A stretch of 64,000 nucleotides of DNA from Dehalococcoidales bacterium (GCA_016930185.1 JAFGHK010000076.1:3005-67004), one strand, 5' to 3'; positions 1 through 9,885 are shown, counted from the stretch's first letter. Translations and numbers: made by a program. Notes: generated by a model not told the origin, from the sequence alone.

Positions 1-90
1 AGGCCATTCAGTTAAAATATCTACGGAGATACATAAAGTTTTTGTAAAGTTATATAAAAAATCTATTAAATACAGATAATTAAGGATTTT

Positions 91-510
91 GTGCAAAAAA
101 AAGAGCTTGTTGGTTTTCTGATTCAAACATGTAAAGAAAAAGGCCTGTCATTCCGCAGTCTGTCTGTAAAGGCAGGGCTTAGCGCTGGAACGGTTCACAG
201 TATTATCTACCGGGAATACGAACCTTCACTTTATTCACTAAATCGGCTGGCCGATTATCTGGGCGTAAAAAGACAGTATCTATGGAAGCTAGCTGGTTTA
301 CTCAGGGATGAGGACTTAGATGATAATTTAAATAACACTGACCCACGTATGAGTTACTACTTTGAGAAATTTGCATCCCTACCTAAGCCAGCCAGAGAAT
401 TGGTAACCCACCTAATAGGGGACATAATAAACTATCATAATAACCACCATAGCAATTTAAAAGAACCTAATAATCCATCTCACTTATGGCCGTTAGAAGA
501 ACAAGAATAA
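91..510 (+). CDS. XRE-type helix-turn-helix DNA-binding protein
   Basis: 139-aa ORF with a GTG start. The N-terminus has an HTH pattern (KGLSFRSLSVKAGLSAGTVHSIIYRE...SLNRLADYLGV). The tail is His/Asn-rich and the context is AT-rich. Confidence 0.55.
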   Translation: MQKKELVGFLIQTCKEKGLSFRSLSVKAGLSAGTVHSIIYREYEPSLYSLNRLADYLGVKRQYLWKLAGLLRDEDLDDNLNNTDPRMSYYFEKFASLPKPARELVTHLIGDIINYHNNHHSNLKEPNNPSHLWPLEEQE

Positions 511-689
511 CGCATTTCTTGTTACCCTGTTATTATTGGGATTTTAACCAACAAGTCAGTTTAGTATGTAATAGAAAACGCCAATTCAGAAGTTCTACCT
601 TTCGTACAGCACCGCCCACCATTTTAAAGTTAATCTAACCTTAATAACTTGACAACACATATTTACTGTGTTAGTCTAAAAATCGTTAA

Positions 690-720
690 GGCTGGCATTA
701 ATCCAGCCTGTTTTTGTTTT
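690..720 (+). terminator. Rho-independent terminator-like hairpin
   Basis: Stem GGCTGG (690-695) / CCAGCC (703-708) with a 7-nt loop, followed by TGTTTTTGTTTT. A TTGACA hexamer lies at 649-654. Confidence 0.55.
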
Positions 721-959
721 ATTAATATCTGTTTTTTATCTTCATTATTCTTTCTTTACTTAGACTTTTCCTATCATTTTTCTAATAATACTCTATCACT
801 ATCTGTAGGTTATTCAACAACATTAATATAAATTCCAATTCTGCTAATAAAACCGCAGTAAAATGAAGATAAGAACGCTTTGTAATCTCCAAATAGTCGG
901 AAAACGGCATCAGGTTTTTACCGATTTATCTACTCCATTTTGTGAGGGAGGCATATGTT

Positions 960-1184
960 ATGGATATAGAGTACGGGACTGAAGTGATCGATAGAGAAGG
1001 TAATTCCCTGGGTACCGTTGACCGCGTGATACGTGATTCCTGGACAGGAGAAATTAGAAAATTCAGTGTAACCAAGGACACTCCGGATAATGCACTAATG
1101 TTCTCTCCCAAGCAGATACTTGGGTTAGAAAAAACAAAAATTAAGGTAGATGTTTCTACAAACGGTTTGAAAGAGATAAGTTAG
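960..1184 (+). CDS. small PRC-barrel-like protein
   Basis: In-frame ATG at 960 preceded by GAGGGAGG. The 74-aa product contains GNSLGTVDRVIRDSWTGEIRKFSV, which resembles the PRC-barrel core. Confidence 0.4.
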   Translation: MDIEYGTEVIDREGNSLGTVDRVIRDSWTGEIRKFSVTKDTPDNALMFSPKQILGLEKTKIKVDVSTNGLKEIS

Positions 1185-1713
1185 AATATCTTAAAGGATA
1201 AATTAACCTTCTAAATAAGAGGTATATTTTCTTAGAGAAGGTCAACCATACTTTCTTTAGTTAAAAAGCCTTTAGCTTGGTTAAGACAGACACAACCACC
1301 ATATACCCCCATATTCTGGAATATAGTACTTTAAACGGCGTTAGACATCGACCCGATATCATGGTAGCATAGACATGTATTCTAATTTCATGATAAAAAA
1401 TGATACAAGGAGAAAAATCGTGACCTGATGAAGTAAATGAGACGTGTTGTCTGGGGACTTTACCCTCTATATCTGTGAATCTCGCCTCACCCTGTTGATT
1501 ACAGTGTTTCTACGGTCCATCAGCAATAGGCTGTTTACCAGGTCTATGGCTATCAATTTTCAGGTTCTTCCCGGCCATTCGCATTTTTGGTGAGTTAAAA
1601 ACTCCGCCCCAAACCGTTCACTCGGTTTTCCCCTTTTTTTACGCTCATTTTTTCCGTTGATAGGGAACGTATGCCCATTGTGCTTGTCCCTTATAAAAGA
1701 AAGAGAATGAAAA

Positions 1714-2388
1714 ATGACACTTTTGAATGACCCAATTCAAATCGATAAAGATAAAATATTTAACCGTATAGGGTATGATGGCGATTCTGTACCATCATCT
1801 CGTACCGCATCGCTAGTAGAGGACTATATTGATAACTATTATGATTTAATTGCACCGTCTTATTCACACACGGTTAAGACCATTAAATCTGTTAATCAAA
1901 ATCGTGTCGATGTCGGCGATTCGGTAATACTTGAAAGCTATAAAGTTGCCAGGCTCATGGAACGTTGTGAAAAGGTGGCCTTTTTCGCCCTGACCATCGG
2001 CGGATACCTGGAAGAATTAGCCACCCATCTTGCCGATAAAGGCCTGGTACTACAGGCGACGGTACTGGATGCTATCGGCTCCGGCACGGCGGAAAAACTG
2101 GCTGCCCGCATCGAGCAAAATATAAGAGAAGAAGCCGGTCGTGACAGCATGGTTGTCAGCCGCCGCTTCAGTCCAGGCTACTGCGATTGGAACGTCAGCC
2201 AGCAGGAGATGGTTTTCCGTGCTTTAGGGAATAACGTGCCCGGCATTACATTAAACGAGAGCATGCTGATGGTACCCCAGAAATCGGTATCCGGCATCAT
2301 CGGTATAGGCCGGCCCGGAAACGATATTGAACAATATAACCCGTGCATTACCTGTTTGGAAAAGGACTGCCCGGGCAGGAGGAGATAG
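1714..2388 (+). CDS. stand-alone methionine-synthase (MetH) reactivation-domain-like protein
   Basis: 224 aa. RFSPGYCDWNVSQQ and PQKSVSGIIGIG match the B12-dependent Met synthase activation domain as I remember it. The C-terminal tail carries CITCLEKDC (C-x2-C-x4-C). Confidence 0.7.
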   Translation: MTLLNDPIQIDKDKIFNRIGYDGDSVPSSRTASLVEDYIDNYYDLIAPSYSHTVKTIKSVNQNRVDVGDSVILESYKVARLMERCEKVAFFALTIGGYLEELATHLADKGLVLQATVLDAIGSGTAEKLAARIEQNIREEAGRDSMVVSRRFSPGYCDWNVSQQEMVFRALGNNVPGITLNESMLMVPQKSVSGIIGIGRPGNDIEQYNPCITCLEKDCPGRRR

Positions 2389-2399
2389 AGTATAAGAAT

Positions 2400-3839
2400 A
2401 TGATTCGAAAAGGTATCGAAGGGGGCAGTTATAAGCCCCTAACTCCCGAAGATATATCCAGGATAAACGATACAGTATTAAGCACTATTGAAGAAATAGG
2501 TTGTCAGGTCAATTCAGATACAGCGCTTGACGCTTTCAAGAGAGTCGGTGCTAGCATCGACAGTAAAAAACGCAGGGTACGGCTGCCAAGAGAAAAGGTT
2601 CTGGAGCTCATCAGCAAAGCACCTTCCGAAGTCACCCTCTGTGGCCGCGACGAGAAATATGATATCCACCTGGGAGGCGCCCGGGTCTATACTGGCACCG
2701 GAGGCACCGCCCTTTATATATACGAACCGACTACCGGCGAGAGGCGCCAGGCTACCCTAACCGACCTTAAAGATATCAGCAGACTGGTTGATAAACTTGA
2801 TAATATTCACCTCTTGCTGTTGCCGACCTATCCCAATGAACTACCCGTTGAGCAAGTTGACGTCAACCGTTTCTTCGCCGGGCTTGATAACACCTCCAAG
2901 CATATCATGGGTGGAGTCTATACTATCGACGGCATGTGCGAGGTAATGCGCATGGCCGAGATGGTGGCTGGCTCTCCGGAAGCACTGCGACAACGCCCGA
3001 TTATCTCCATAATTACCTGTGTTATCAGTCCCTTCATCATCGATGAAAAGTATGGCGATATGATAGTTACCGCTGCCGAGAGCGGCCTGCCCGTGGTCTG
3101 TCCATCGGAGCCTTTATGCGGAGCTACCTCCCCAGTGACACTGGCAGGCAACCTAGTCGTTCAGACAGTGGATTCGCTTATGGGAGTAATATTAGCGCAA
3201 GCAGTCAACCCAGGGACGCCGGCTATCTTCGGTTCGGTAGCAACGAGTACCGACCTGCGTGACTACAAATATATCGCCGGCTCCGTCGAGATGGGGTTGC
3301 TTAACGCCGCGGGTGCACAGATGGCGCAATTTTATAAACTGCCCTATTACGCCACCGGCGGCATGACCGACTCCAAGACGCTGGATGCCCAGAGCGGCTA
3401 TGAATCGGCAATTACCAATCTGCTCTGTGCTCTATCAGGCTCTAATTTCATTCACGACAGTGCTGGATTGATGGAATTCGCCATGACTGTCTGCTACGAA
3501 AAGTACGTTATCGATAACGAGATACTGGGTATGGTGATGAGGGCTGTTGAAGGGATTAAAGTGAACGATGAGACAATTGCTTATGACCTTATGAAGGAAA
3601 TCGGCCCGGGCGGGAACTTCGTCACGGCCAAGCATACAAGGCGCTTTATGCGCAAAGAGCACTATCAGCCTGGCTTAAGCGACCGCAACAGCCGGGAAAA
3701 GTGGGATGAGAAAGGCAGCCATGCAACATGGGAAGTAGCAGCTAAAAAAGTGAAGTCTATTCTGGAAAGCCCTGCTTCCAGTCTGCCTGATGAAATCAGG
3801 AAGCGTGTTTTATCTGAAATCAAAAGCATCGTGAAATAA
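2400..3839 (+). CDS. MttB-superfamily methyltransferase, non-pyrrolysine type (quaternary-amine/methylamine:corrinoid methyltransferase)
   Basis: Roughly 480-aa TIM-barrel-sized ORF with MttB-family sequence character and no in-frame TAG. ATG 2400 is preferred over GTG 2343, which overlaps the upstream gene. It is followed directly by a corrinoid protein gene. Confidence 0.8.
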   Translation: MIRKGIEGGSYKPLTPEDISRINDTVLSTIEEIGCQVNSDTALDAFKRVGASIDSKKRRVRLPREKVLELISKAPSEVTLCGRDEKYDIHLGGARVYTGTGGTALYIYEPTTGERRQATLTDLKDISRLVDKLDNIHLLLLPTYPNELPVEQVDVNRFFAGLDNTSKHIMGGVYTIDGMCEVMRMAEMVAGSPEALRQRPIISIITCVISPFIIDEKYGDMIVTAAESGLPVVCPSEPLCGATSPVTLAGNLVVQTVDSLMGVILAQAVNPGTPAIFGSVATSTDLRDYKYIAGSVEMGLLNAAGAQMAQFYKLPYYATGGMTDSKTLDAQSGYESAITNLLCALSGSNFIHDSAGLMEFAMTVCYEKYVIDNEILGMVMRAVEGIKVNDETIAYDLMKEIGPGGNFVTAKHTRRFMRKEHYQPGLSDRNSREKWDEKGSHATWEVAAKKVKSILESPASSLPDEIRKRVLSEIKSIVK

Positions 3840-3867
3840 AATAAGCGCCTAAAGGGGGGTCATAAAA

Positions 3868-4554
3868 ATGTCTGAAAATATTATTGAGCTTATTAAAGAA
3901 AATGTAATCCAGGGTAGAATAACCCGCGATGACGAGGGCATAGAAGAAGACATGGCCGGCCAGCCGGGGGTCACCGAATTGGTAGAAGAGGCGCTGGCTT
4001 CAGGCATCGATGTATCTGAAATTATTAATAAAGGATTAACCGCTTCGATGCAGGCCGTGGGGCAAAAATTTGAAACTGGAGAATATTTTATTCCGGATAT
4101 GCTTGCCTCTGCCGAGGCAGTAGGTACCGCCATGGAGATACTCAAGCCTCATCTTGAGAAGAGCGGCGTTAAACCCAAGGGCAAAATACTTATGGCCACT
4201 GTTAAGGGCGACCTCCATGATATCGGCAAGAATATTGTGTCTATACTCCTTCGGGGAGCGGGATACATGGTTAAAGATATCGGCAACAATTTAGATACCA
4301 AAGACATTGTGAAAGCCGTGCGGGAAGAAAAGCCGGACTATCTCGGACTTTCGGCGCTGCTAACCAGCACCATGGTGAGTATGGAAGATATTATCAAGGC
4401 GCTCGAGGAAAGCGGGCTTAGAGATAAGGTAAAGATAATCATCGGCGGGGCGCCCGTTTCTGAAGAATACGCCAGGGAAATAGGCGCGGATGGCTATGGT
4501 GCCGACGGTTTTCACGGGGTATCCGTGATAGAAACCATGAACGGCATCAATTAA
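3868..4554 (+). CDS. corrinoid (cobalamin-binding) methyl-carrier protein
   Basis: 228 aa with a B12-binding cap plus Rossmann domain. The DxHxxG motif is present as GDLHDIGKNIV, followed by GLSALLT and IIIGGAP. Confidence 0.9.
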   Translation: MSENIIELIKENVIQGRITRDDEGIEEDMAGQPGVTELVEEALASGIDVSEIINKGLTASMQAVGQKFETGEYFIPDMLASAEAVGTAMEILKPHLEKSGVKPKGKILMATVKGDLHDIGKNIVSILLRGAGYMVKDIGNNLDTKDIVKAVREEKPDYLGLSALLTSTMVSMEDIIKALEESGLRDKVKIIIGGAPVSEEYAREIGADGYGADGFHGVSVIETMNGIN

Positions 4555-4605
4555 GCTGTCTTTCAAGTCCTGCCCGCAGGTGGCATGTCAGTTAGGAGGA
4601 GTGAA

Positions 4606-6147
4606 GTGCCCAGAGAAGGAATTTTGATTGAAAAACCTTTAGAAAGATTGTCCCCCAAGCAAGTTCAGCAAATTCACGACGCATCAATCGATATACTCAA
4701 CGACCCCGGGCTGCTCTGCTTTAATGAGAACGCCGCTGAGATATTTCAGGGCAGTGGCGCCGTTGTATCTAAGGTATCCGGTAGTAACACTCCTTGCTGG
4801 CACATCAAGATACCGGGAAAACTGGTTAGCTCTGCCCTTAAAAGCGCTCCCAGTACGGTTACACTCGGAGCCAGGAACCCGGAAAATACCATTATTATGA
4901 AGGGAGACGAGCCGAGAGTATTTTTTATTACCGGCTCGGAGACCAACATATGGCTTGATGTCGATTTTCCTACTTATGCAAGTAAAACCGACCCTAACAA
5001 AGAAACTAAAATACCTGAATTTAAGCCTCGGCGCGGTACGGTGGCGGATTTATGCGATTCTGCGCATGTATGCGAGCACCTGGAAATGGTCGATGGCTAT
5101 ATACGGACGGTTAATATTCAGGACAATGACATCGACGTAGACAACAAGGACGTTAACAAGTACTTCGCCTCCCTGAACAACACCACCAAGCACGTAATGT
5201 CGGGTCTAACTAACCTGAAGCAACTGGATAACGTGGTAAAAATGGCGGAGATTATCGCGGGGGGCAGAGACAATCTAAAAAAGAACCCTTTAACTTCATT
5301 TATTACCTGCCTGGTGAAAAGCCCGCTGCAGTTCGTCGATGATACTACCGAGACCTTTATGGAAGTATGCAAGAGAGGGCTGCCCATCGTGGTTTCCTCG
5401 TCGCCGCAGGCGGGGACATCGGCGCCTATCAAGGAAGCAGGCATTATTGCCCAGATTAACGCCGAGGTGCTGGCGGGGATAACGCTTGGCCAACTGGTCA
5501 ACAAAGGAACTCCGGTACTCTACGGCACCGTTCCCGTAAGGGCTAGGATGGACACATTAGGGGATTCCTACGGCAGTGTGGAAACGAGCCAGTACAACAT
5601 CGATTGCGCTCAGATGGCGCGGTTCTACAACCTGCCGAATTATTCTACCTCCGGCGTCTGCGATACGAAAATCCCCGGGCAACAGTCATCAATCGAGCGG
5701 CTGTTCTCCAACGTCCTGGTCACCTTAAGCGGCCCGCAGTTCCTGCACTGCGCCTTCGGGCTGCTGGACTGCAATTCGGTGTTCTGTCTGCTCCAGGCCG
5801 TCCTGGATGATGCTCATTTTAAGATGATTAAGTTCTTCCTGAAATCGCCGGGTATTAACGAACAGGAGCTTGAAACCGTCAAAAAACAGATAAGGGATGT
5901 AGTTGCCACGCCCCAGAAAATGTTCATAAATTACATCCGCTCCGTCATGCGCACCGGCGAAATATCGCCGCCTTACCCATTCGAAGGAGAAGGCGATAGT
6001 GATGATGTATTTGCTTTAGCCAGCCAGCGCTTGCAGGAACTCCGGGATAAACCTGTAGAACACATCGACAAAGCTACTACCGCCAGGATATTCCGCGAGA
6101 TACCCGGTCTGCTGCCGCGCCTCAATATCTATGAAGGGAAGCAATAA
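4606..6147 (+). CDS. second MttB-superfamily methyltransferase, non-Pyl
   Basis: Paralogous to 2400-3839 (shared blocks NTTKHVM, FITC, GLPIVV.S.P, APIK/SPVT). GTG 4606 lies 6 nt after AGGAGG; ATG 4585 is the alternative start. Confidence 0.8.
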   Translation: MPREGILIEKPLERLSPKQVQQIHDASIDILNDPGLLCFNENAAEIFQGSGAVVSKVSGSNTPCWHIKIPGKLVSSALKSAPSTVTLGARNPENTIIMKGDEPRVFFITGSETNIWLDVDFPTYASKTDPNKETKIPEFKPRRGTVADLCDSAHVCEHLEMVDGYIRTVNIQDNDIDVDNKDVNKYFASLNNTTKHVMSGLTNLKQLDNVVKMAEIIAGGRDNLKKNPLTSFITCLVKSPLQFVDDTTETFMEVCKRGLPIVVSSSPQAGTSAPIKEAGIIAQINAEVLAGITLGQLVNKGTPVLYGTVPVRARMDTLGDSYGSVETSQYNIDCAQMARFYNLPNYSTSGVCDTKIPGQQSSIERLFSNVLVTLSGPQFLHCAFGLLDCNSVFCLLQAVLDDAHFKMIKFFLKSPGINEQELETVKKQIRDVVATPQKMFINYIRSVMRTGEISPPYPFEGEGDSDDVFALASQRLQELRDKPVEHIDKATTARIFREIPGLLPRLNIYEGKQ

Positions 6148-6149
6148 AC

Positions 6150-6833
6150 ATGAGTGAAGAAATACTGGAAAAATTAAAAGAGAATGTTATACAGGGTAGA
6201 AAGACCGGCGATGACATGGGAGTTGACGAATCACTGTCCGGAACACCGGGCGTGCTGGAACTGACAGAGTCTGCCCTGTCTGAAGATATATCTCCGGAGT
6301 CGATTATTACTAAAGCCCTTACACCGGGGATGGAAATTGTCGGTGAAAAATACTCGAAGAAAGAATACTTCATACCGGACATGCTGGCCTCCGCCGAGGC
6401 CGTAGGTGCGGCAATGGACGTGCTTAAGCCGCTCCTTGAAAAATCAAACGTGGAAACCAAGGGTAAATTCGCCATCGCCACTGTAAAGGGCGATATACAT
6501 GATATTGGTAAAAACATCGTGGCGATTCTACTCAAGGGCGCTGCCTACGAGGTCATTGATATCGGTATAGATGTTCCGGAGGATAAAATCGTCGATGTAG
6601 TCAGGCAGGAAAAGCCGGGCTACCTCGGCCTCTCCGCCATGCTTACCACCACTATGACTGAGATGAAGACCATCATTGAAACCCTGAAGGAGAACAATCT
6701 TAGAGATAAAGTTAAAGTGTTCATCGGCGGCGCGGCAGTATCTGAGGAATACGCCAGGCAAATCGGCGCTGATGCCTTCTGTGCTGACGGTTTTGAAGCC
6801 ATCAAGACACTGGATAACTTTCAGGCAACCTGA
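6150..6833 (+). CDS. second corrinoid methyl-carrier protein
   Basis: 227 aa and a close paralog of 3868-4554. The DxHxxG motif is GDIHDIGKNIV. The start lies 3 nt after the upstream stop. Confidence 0.9.
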   Translation: MSEEILEKLKENVIQGRKTGDDMGVDESLSGTPGVLELTESALSEDISPESIITKALTPGMEIVGEKYSKKEYFIPDMLASAEAVGAAMDVLKPLLEKSNVETKGKFAIATVKGDIHDIGKNIVAILLKGAAYEVIDIGIDVPEDKIVDVVRQEKPGYLGLSAMLTTTMTEMKTIIETLKENNLRDKVKVFIGGAAVSEEYARQIGADAFCADGFEAIKTLDNFQAT

Positions 6834-6876
6834 CGACTATTAGATAAGCGAGTGATTTTAGAAAGGAGTTTTTGTT

Positions 6877-8364
6877 ATGGCTGGAATTGCGGGAGTACTT
6901 GGCAAAGATAATGGTGAACTTGAGGGGATGCTTGATAAGATTAGTTATCGCGGCCCGGACGAGACATGGCTGCACAGGTCTGGAGAAGTAAACCTGGGCA
7001 GTCTTGAGTTGAATGTGGGCGCCGAATGTAAGCCCGGTTCGCACCATGCAAATAATGGAAATCTAGCTGTTGTCCTTGACGGACGCGTTTATAATCCGGA
7101 AAAAGGTAACAAGACGGATGCCGAGACCGTACTCGACCTTTATAAAAAACACGGCATCAGGTTTGCGGATAAACTGGACGGCGACTTTGCCTGCGCCGTG
7201 GCTGACGGCGAGCAAATGGTGCTGGCCCGCGACTGGGCGGGCATCAAGCCCATGTACTATGGACACAGCGACGGTAAGCTGTGCTTCGCCTCCGAGGCCA
7301 AGGCGCTGGTTGGCATCGCTGAAGACGTGAGAGAATTTCCTCCGGGCTATGTTTACTCAAGGGAACATGGATTTAAAAAATATGCCCAGGAAGCCGTGGA
7401 AACACCGGAGTTCGAAAGTTATGAACAGGGGAAAAAGGTAATAAAAGAGTTGCTTACACAGGCTACCGAAAAGCGTATGAAAGACAAAGCCGTAGGCGGT
7501 GTCCTCCTTAGCGGCGGACTTGATAGCAGTCTTATTGCCTACATGGCCCATGAGATAAAACCGGATATAGAATGCTTTACTGTCAGCATGCAGAAGGGCC
7601 AGGACCTGCCGCTGGCTAAAGACGTTACCAAATACCTGGGTATTAAACATCACATCTTAATGTTCGGGGAAAAGGAAATAAAAGAAATCCTGCCCCTGGC
7701 CATCCACCACCAGGAGATGTATGAGGAAAGCTGCGTTCACGGGGCTATTGCTAATTTCCTCGCCGGCCGATTTATCAAACCTCACACGAGGGTCGTGCTG
7801 ACCGGCGAAGGAGCCGATGAGTTCCTCGGTGGATACGACGGGCAGTTTAAAAAGGGAGAGAACCCGGAAGAAGTCGCCAGCATCGTGGATAAACTCATTA
7901 ACGTTGCCCACAATACCGCCCTCCAGAGGCTCGACCGACTGAATGCGGCCAACTCATATGAAAGCCGTACACCGTTCCTCGATGCCAAAGTAATGGACTT
8001 CAGCCTCAAGATACCGATACAGCATAAAATTCACGGGAAAGAACAGGATGGTAAATGGATACTGCGCCAGGCTTTCGAGGGCTGCCTGCCCGAGCACATT
8101 ATCTACCAGACCAAGCGGTTCTTCGCGCAGGGCTCCGGCGTAGCCTATATCATGAGGGCACAGGCCGAGAAGGAAGTCTCACAGGCAGAGCTTGACGAAT
8201 TCAATAGCATCGAGGGTAATCCCTACCTGTCATCGGTTGAAGAACTATATTATTACCGTATCTTCAAGAAAACGTTCCCCGACCCAGCTTACGACAGGCT
8301 GGTCGGCAGATGGGACCCTTTACGGCCGGCATTTTTTCGGGATATAGAAAAGGCGACCAATTAA
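6877..8364 (+). CDS. asparagine-synthetase-B-like ATP-dependent amidotransferase homolog lacking the N-terminal Cys nucleophile
   Basis: 495 aa. The PP-loop SGGLDSS, GEGADEFLGGY and RLDRLNAANSYESRTPFLD are present. The N-terminus reads MAGIAG rather than MCGI. AAGGAG lies 8 nt upstream of the ATG. Confidence 0.8.
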   Translation: MAGIAGVLGKDNGELEGMLDKISYRGPDETWLHRSGEVNLGSLELNVGAECKPGSHHANNGNLAVVLDGRVYNPEKGNKTDAETVLDLYKKHGIRFADKLDGDFACAVADGEQMVLARDWAGIKPMYYGHSDGKLCFASEAKALVGIAEDVREFPPGYVYSREHGFKKYAQEAVETPEFESYEQGKKVIKELLTQATEKRMKDKAVGGVLLSGGLDSSLIAYMAHEIKPDIECFTVSMQKGQDLPLAKDVTKYLGIKHHILMFGEKEIKEILPLAIHHQEMYEESCVHGAIANFLAGRFIKPHTRVVLTGEGADEFLGGYDGQFKKGENPEEVASIVDKLINVAHNTALQRLDRLNAANSYESRTPFLDAKVMDFSLKIPIQHKIHGKEQDGKWILRQAFEGCLPEHIIYQTKRFFAQGSGVAYIMRAQAEKEVSQAELDEFNSIEGNPYLSSVEELYYYRIFKKTFPDPAYDRLVGRWDPLRPAFFRDIEKATN

Positions 8365-8394
8365 GTTGTCTTGGCAATAGCGCCTCTTTTTCGG

Positions 8395-9738
8395 TTATTT
8401 GTCTTTAGCTTTTTTCCCGGTATCAGGGGCAGGCGGTGCATTACCGAAATACAGCTTAGTGTGAGGCCAGGGGATTTCAATGCCCTCTTTATCAAAGGCT
8501 TTCTTCAACCTCAAGCGTAGCTGCCCCGTTACCTCCCACTGCCGCATCGGTTGCGTGTCACCGGTTATCTTTATGTCAATACCGGAATCCCCGAAATTAT
8601 TAACCCTCAATGCTTGAGGTTCTTTGATGATAGCTTCCTTCCAGACGGGGTCTTCTGCCAGTTCATGCCCGACCCTGTTGATTACGTTCATTACATGGTC
8701 CAGGTCGTCATTGTAACTCACACTCACATCAAGATTAATCCTTGACATTTCCTTGGTATAATTGTTGGCAACACGTATCTCCCCGTTAGGCACAATATGA
8801 ACTACGCCATCGAGGTCTCTAAGTACCGTCCTTCTAAGATTTATGCTTTCGACGATACCGCCGACGTCCGCTATCCTCACCACGTCACCGACACGATACT
8901 GGTTTTCGATGATGACAAAAAAGCCCGCCACCAGGTCCTTGATTAAGCCTTGAGCGCCGAAGCCGACAGCGATACCCACGACACCGGCGCCGGCCAGTAT
9001 GGGCGCAATATCTATCTCAAGTTCGGAGAGAATCATAAAGACGGCAATAAAAACGATAAAAACCTGGCTGGTGCTGACAAGTACTCTTGCAAGAGTGTCG
9101 CTTCTTTTTTGAACCTCGCTTTTCGTCTCTCCGGGCCGACGGGTCAAAGTCCGTACAACCACTCTCGGGATAATTTCCCCAACACTGATAATAGCTAATA
9201 TACCAATGCCGATGATAAGAGCTAGGCGCCAGCCATAGTCTCCAAGCCAGCTGGTGGCTTTACTTACCTCCATTCCCCAGATACTTAGTCCAGACATAAC
9301 CGCCAGCCAGATAGCTGCCAGTATCATCACTATCCAGCAAATACTGATGAGGCGGGTACTCAATGCGCTAATTTTTTCAGCTGTAGCTCTACGCCGGTAC
9401 CACCTTACTATTGTATCCAGAATAGCAACCGCGGTAAAAAAACCCAGCAGGCTAAGTGCCGTGGCCAGGCCCTTAAGCGTATAAGACCATACAGCCTCAT
9501 CCTGCGGCAGGGTAAGCACCGCTATGTACAGGCCCAGCAGGACGACAATGATGATAACAGGTTTCCGGATCACCGATATAATAGAATCATCCAGTTTGAT
9601 TTTAGTCCTTTTTGCGAGCCTCTTAACCCATTTTTCCAATGCGAACCGTATAAACCAGGCCAGCCCGCAAAAAACAACCACTATGACCAGGGCTATTATA
9701 ATCTTCGTCATCGTCAGTCCTCCAAAAGTCTGATCCAT
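8395..9738 (-). CDS. MscS-family mechanosensitive ion channel
   Basis: 447 aa with multiple N-terminal TM helices followed by the conserved block GFGAQGLIKDLVAGFFVIIENQYRVGDVV. Confidence 0.85.
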   Translation of the reverse strand: MDQTFGGLTMTKIIIALVIVVVFCGLAWFIRFALEKWVKRLAKRTKIKLDDSIISVIRKPVIIIVVLLGLYIAVLTLPQDEAVWSYTLKGLATALSLLGFFTAVAILDTIVRWYRRRATAEKISALSTRLISICWIVMILAAIWLAVMSGLSIWGMEVSKATSWLGDYGWRLALIIGIGILAIISVGEIIPRVVVRTLTRRPGETKSEVQKRSDTLARVLVSTSQVFIVFIAVFMILSELEIDIAPILAGAGVVGIAVGFGAQGLIKDLVAGFFVIIENQYRVGDVVRIADVGGIVESINLRRTVLRDLDGVVHIVPNGEIRVANNYTKEMSRINLDVSVSYNDDLDHVMNVINRVGHELAEDPVWKEAIIKEPQALRVNNFGDSGIDIKITGDTQPMRQWEVTGQLRLRLKKAFDKEGIEIPWPHTKLYFGNAPPAPDTGKKAKDK

Positions 9739-9885
9739 AATATCAACCTCCCGATTGCTATCTCTATTGCGGAATTAATAAATCAACCAAGCTGTATTTA
9801 TGGTAATTATCAATAGCATCTACTCAACCTAACATTTTAGCAGATATTGATATATAAATTACAGGCGGAACCGGACAATAAATAA

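Noticed and set aside
649-831. A 60-aa ORF in the AT-rich spacer.
   Set aside because: The ORF runs through the terminator-like hairpin at 690-720. It has no RBS, and its Phe/Leu/Ser-rich translation is typical of AT-rich noise.
1185-1713. A cobalamin riboswitch upstream of the corrinoid methyltransferase genes.
   Set aside because: I could not find the B12-box or the conserved GGTGAAA/GCCACTG-type core by eye. I left it as an unexplained leader that needs an Infernal scan.
2400-6147. Possible pyrrolysine (in-frame TAG) recoding in the MttB homologs.
   Set aside because: Both ORFs are full-length and uninterrupted. No pyl genes are in the window, so I treated them as the non-Pyl branch.
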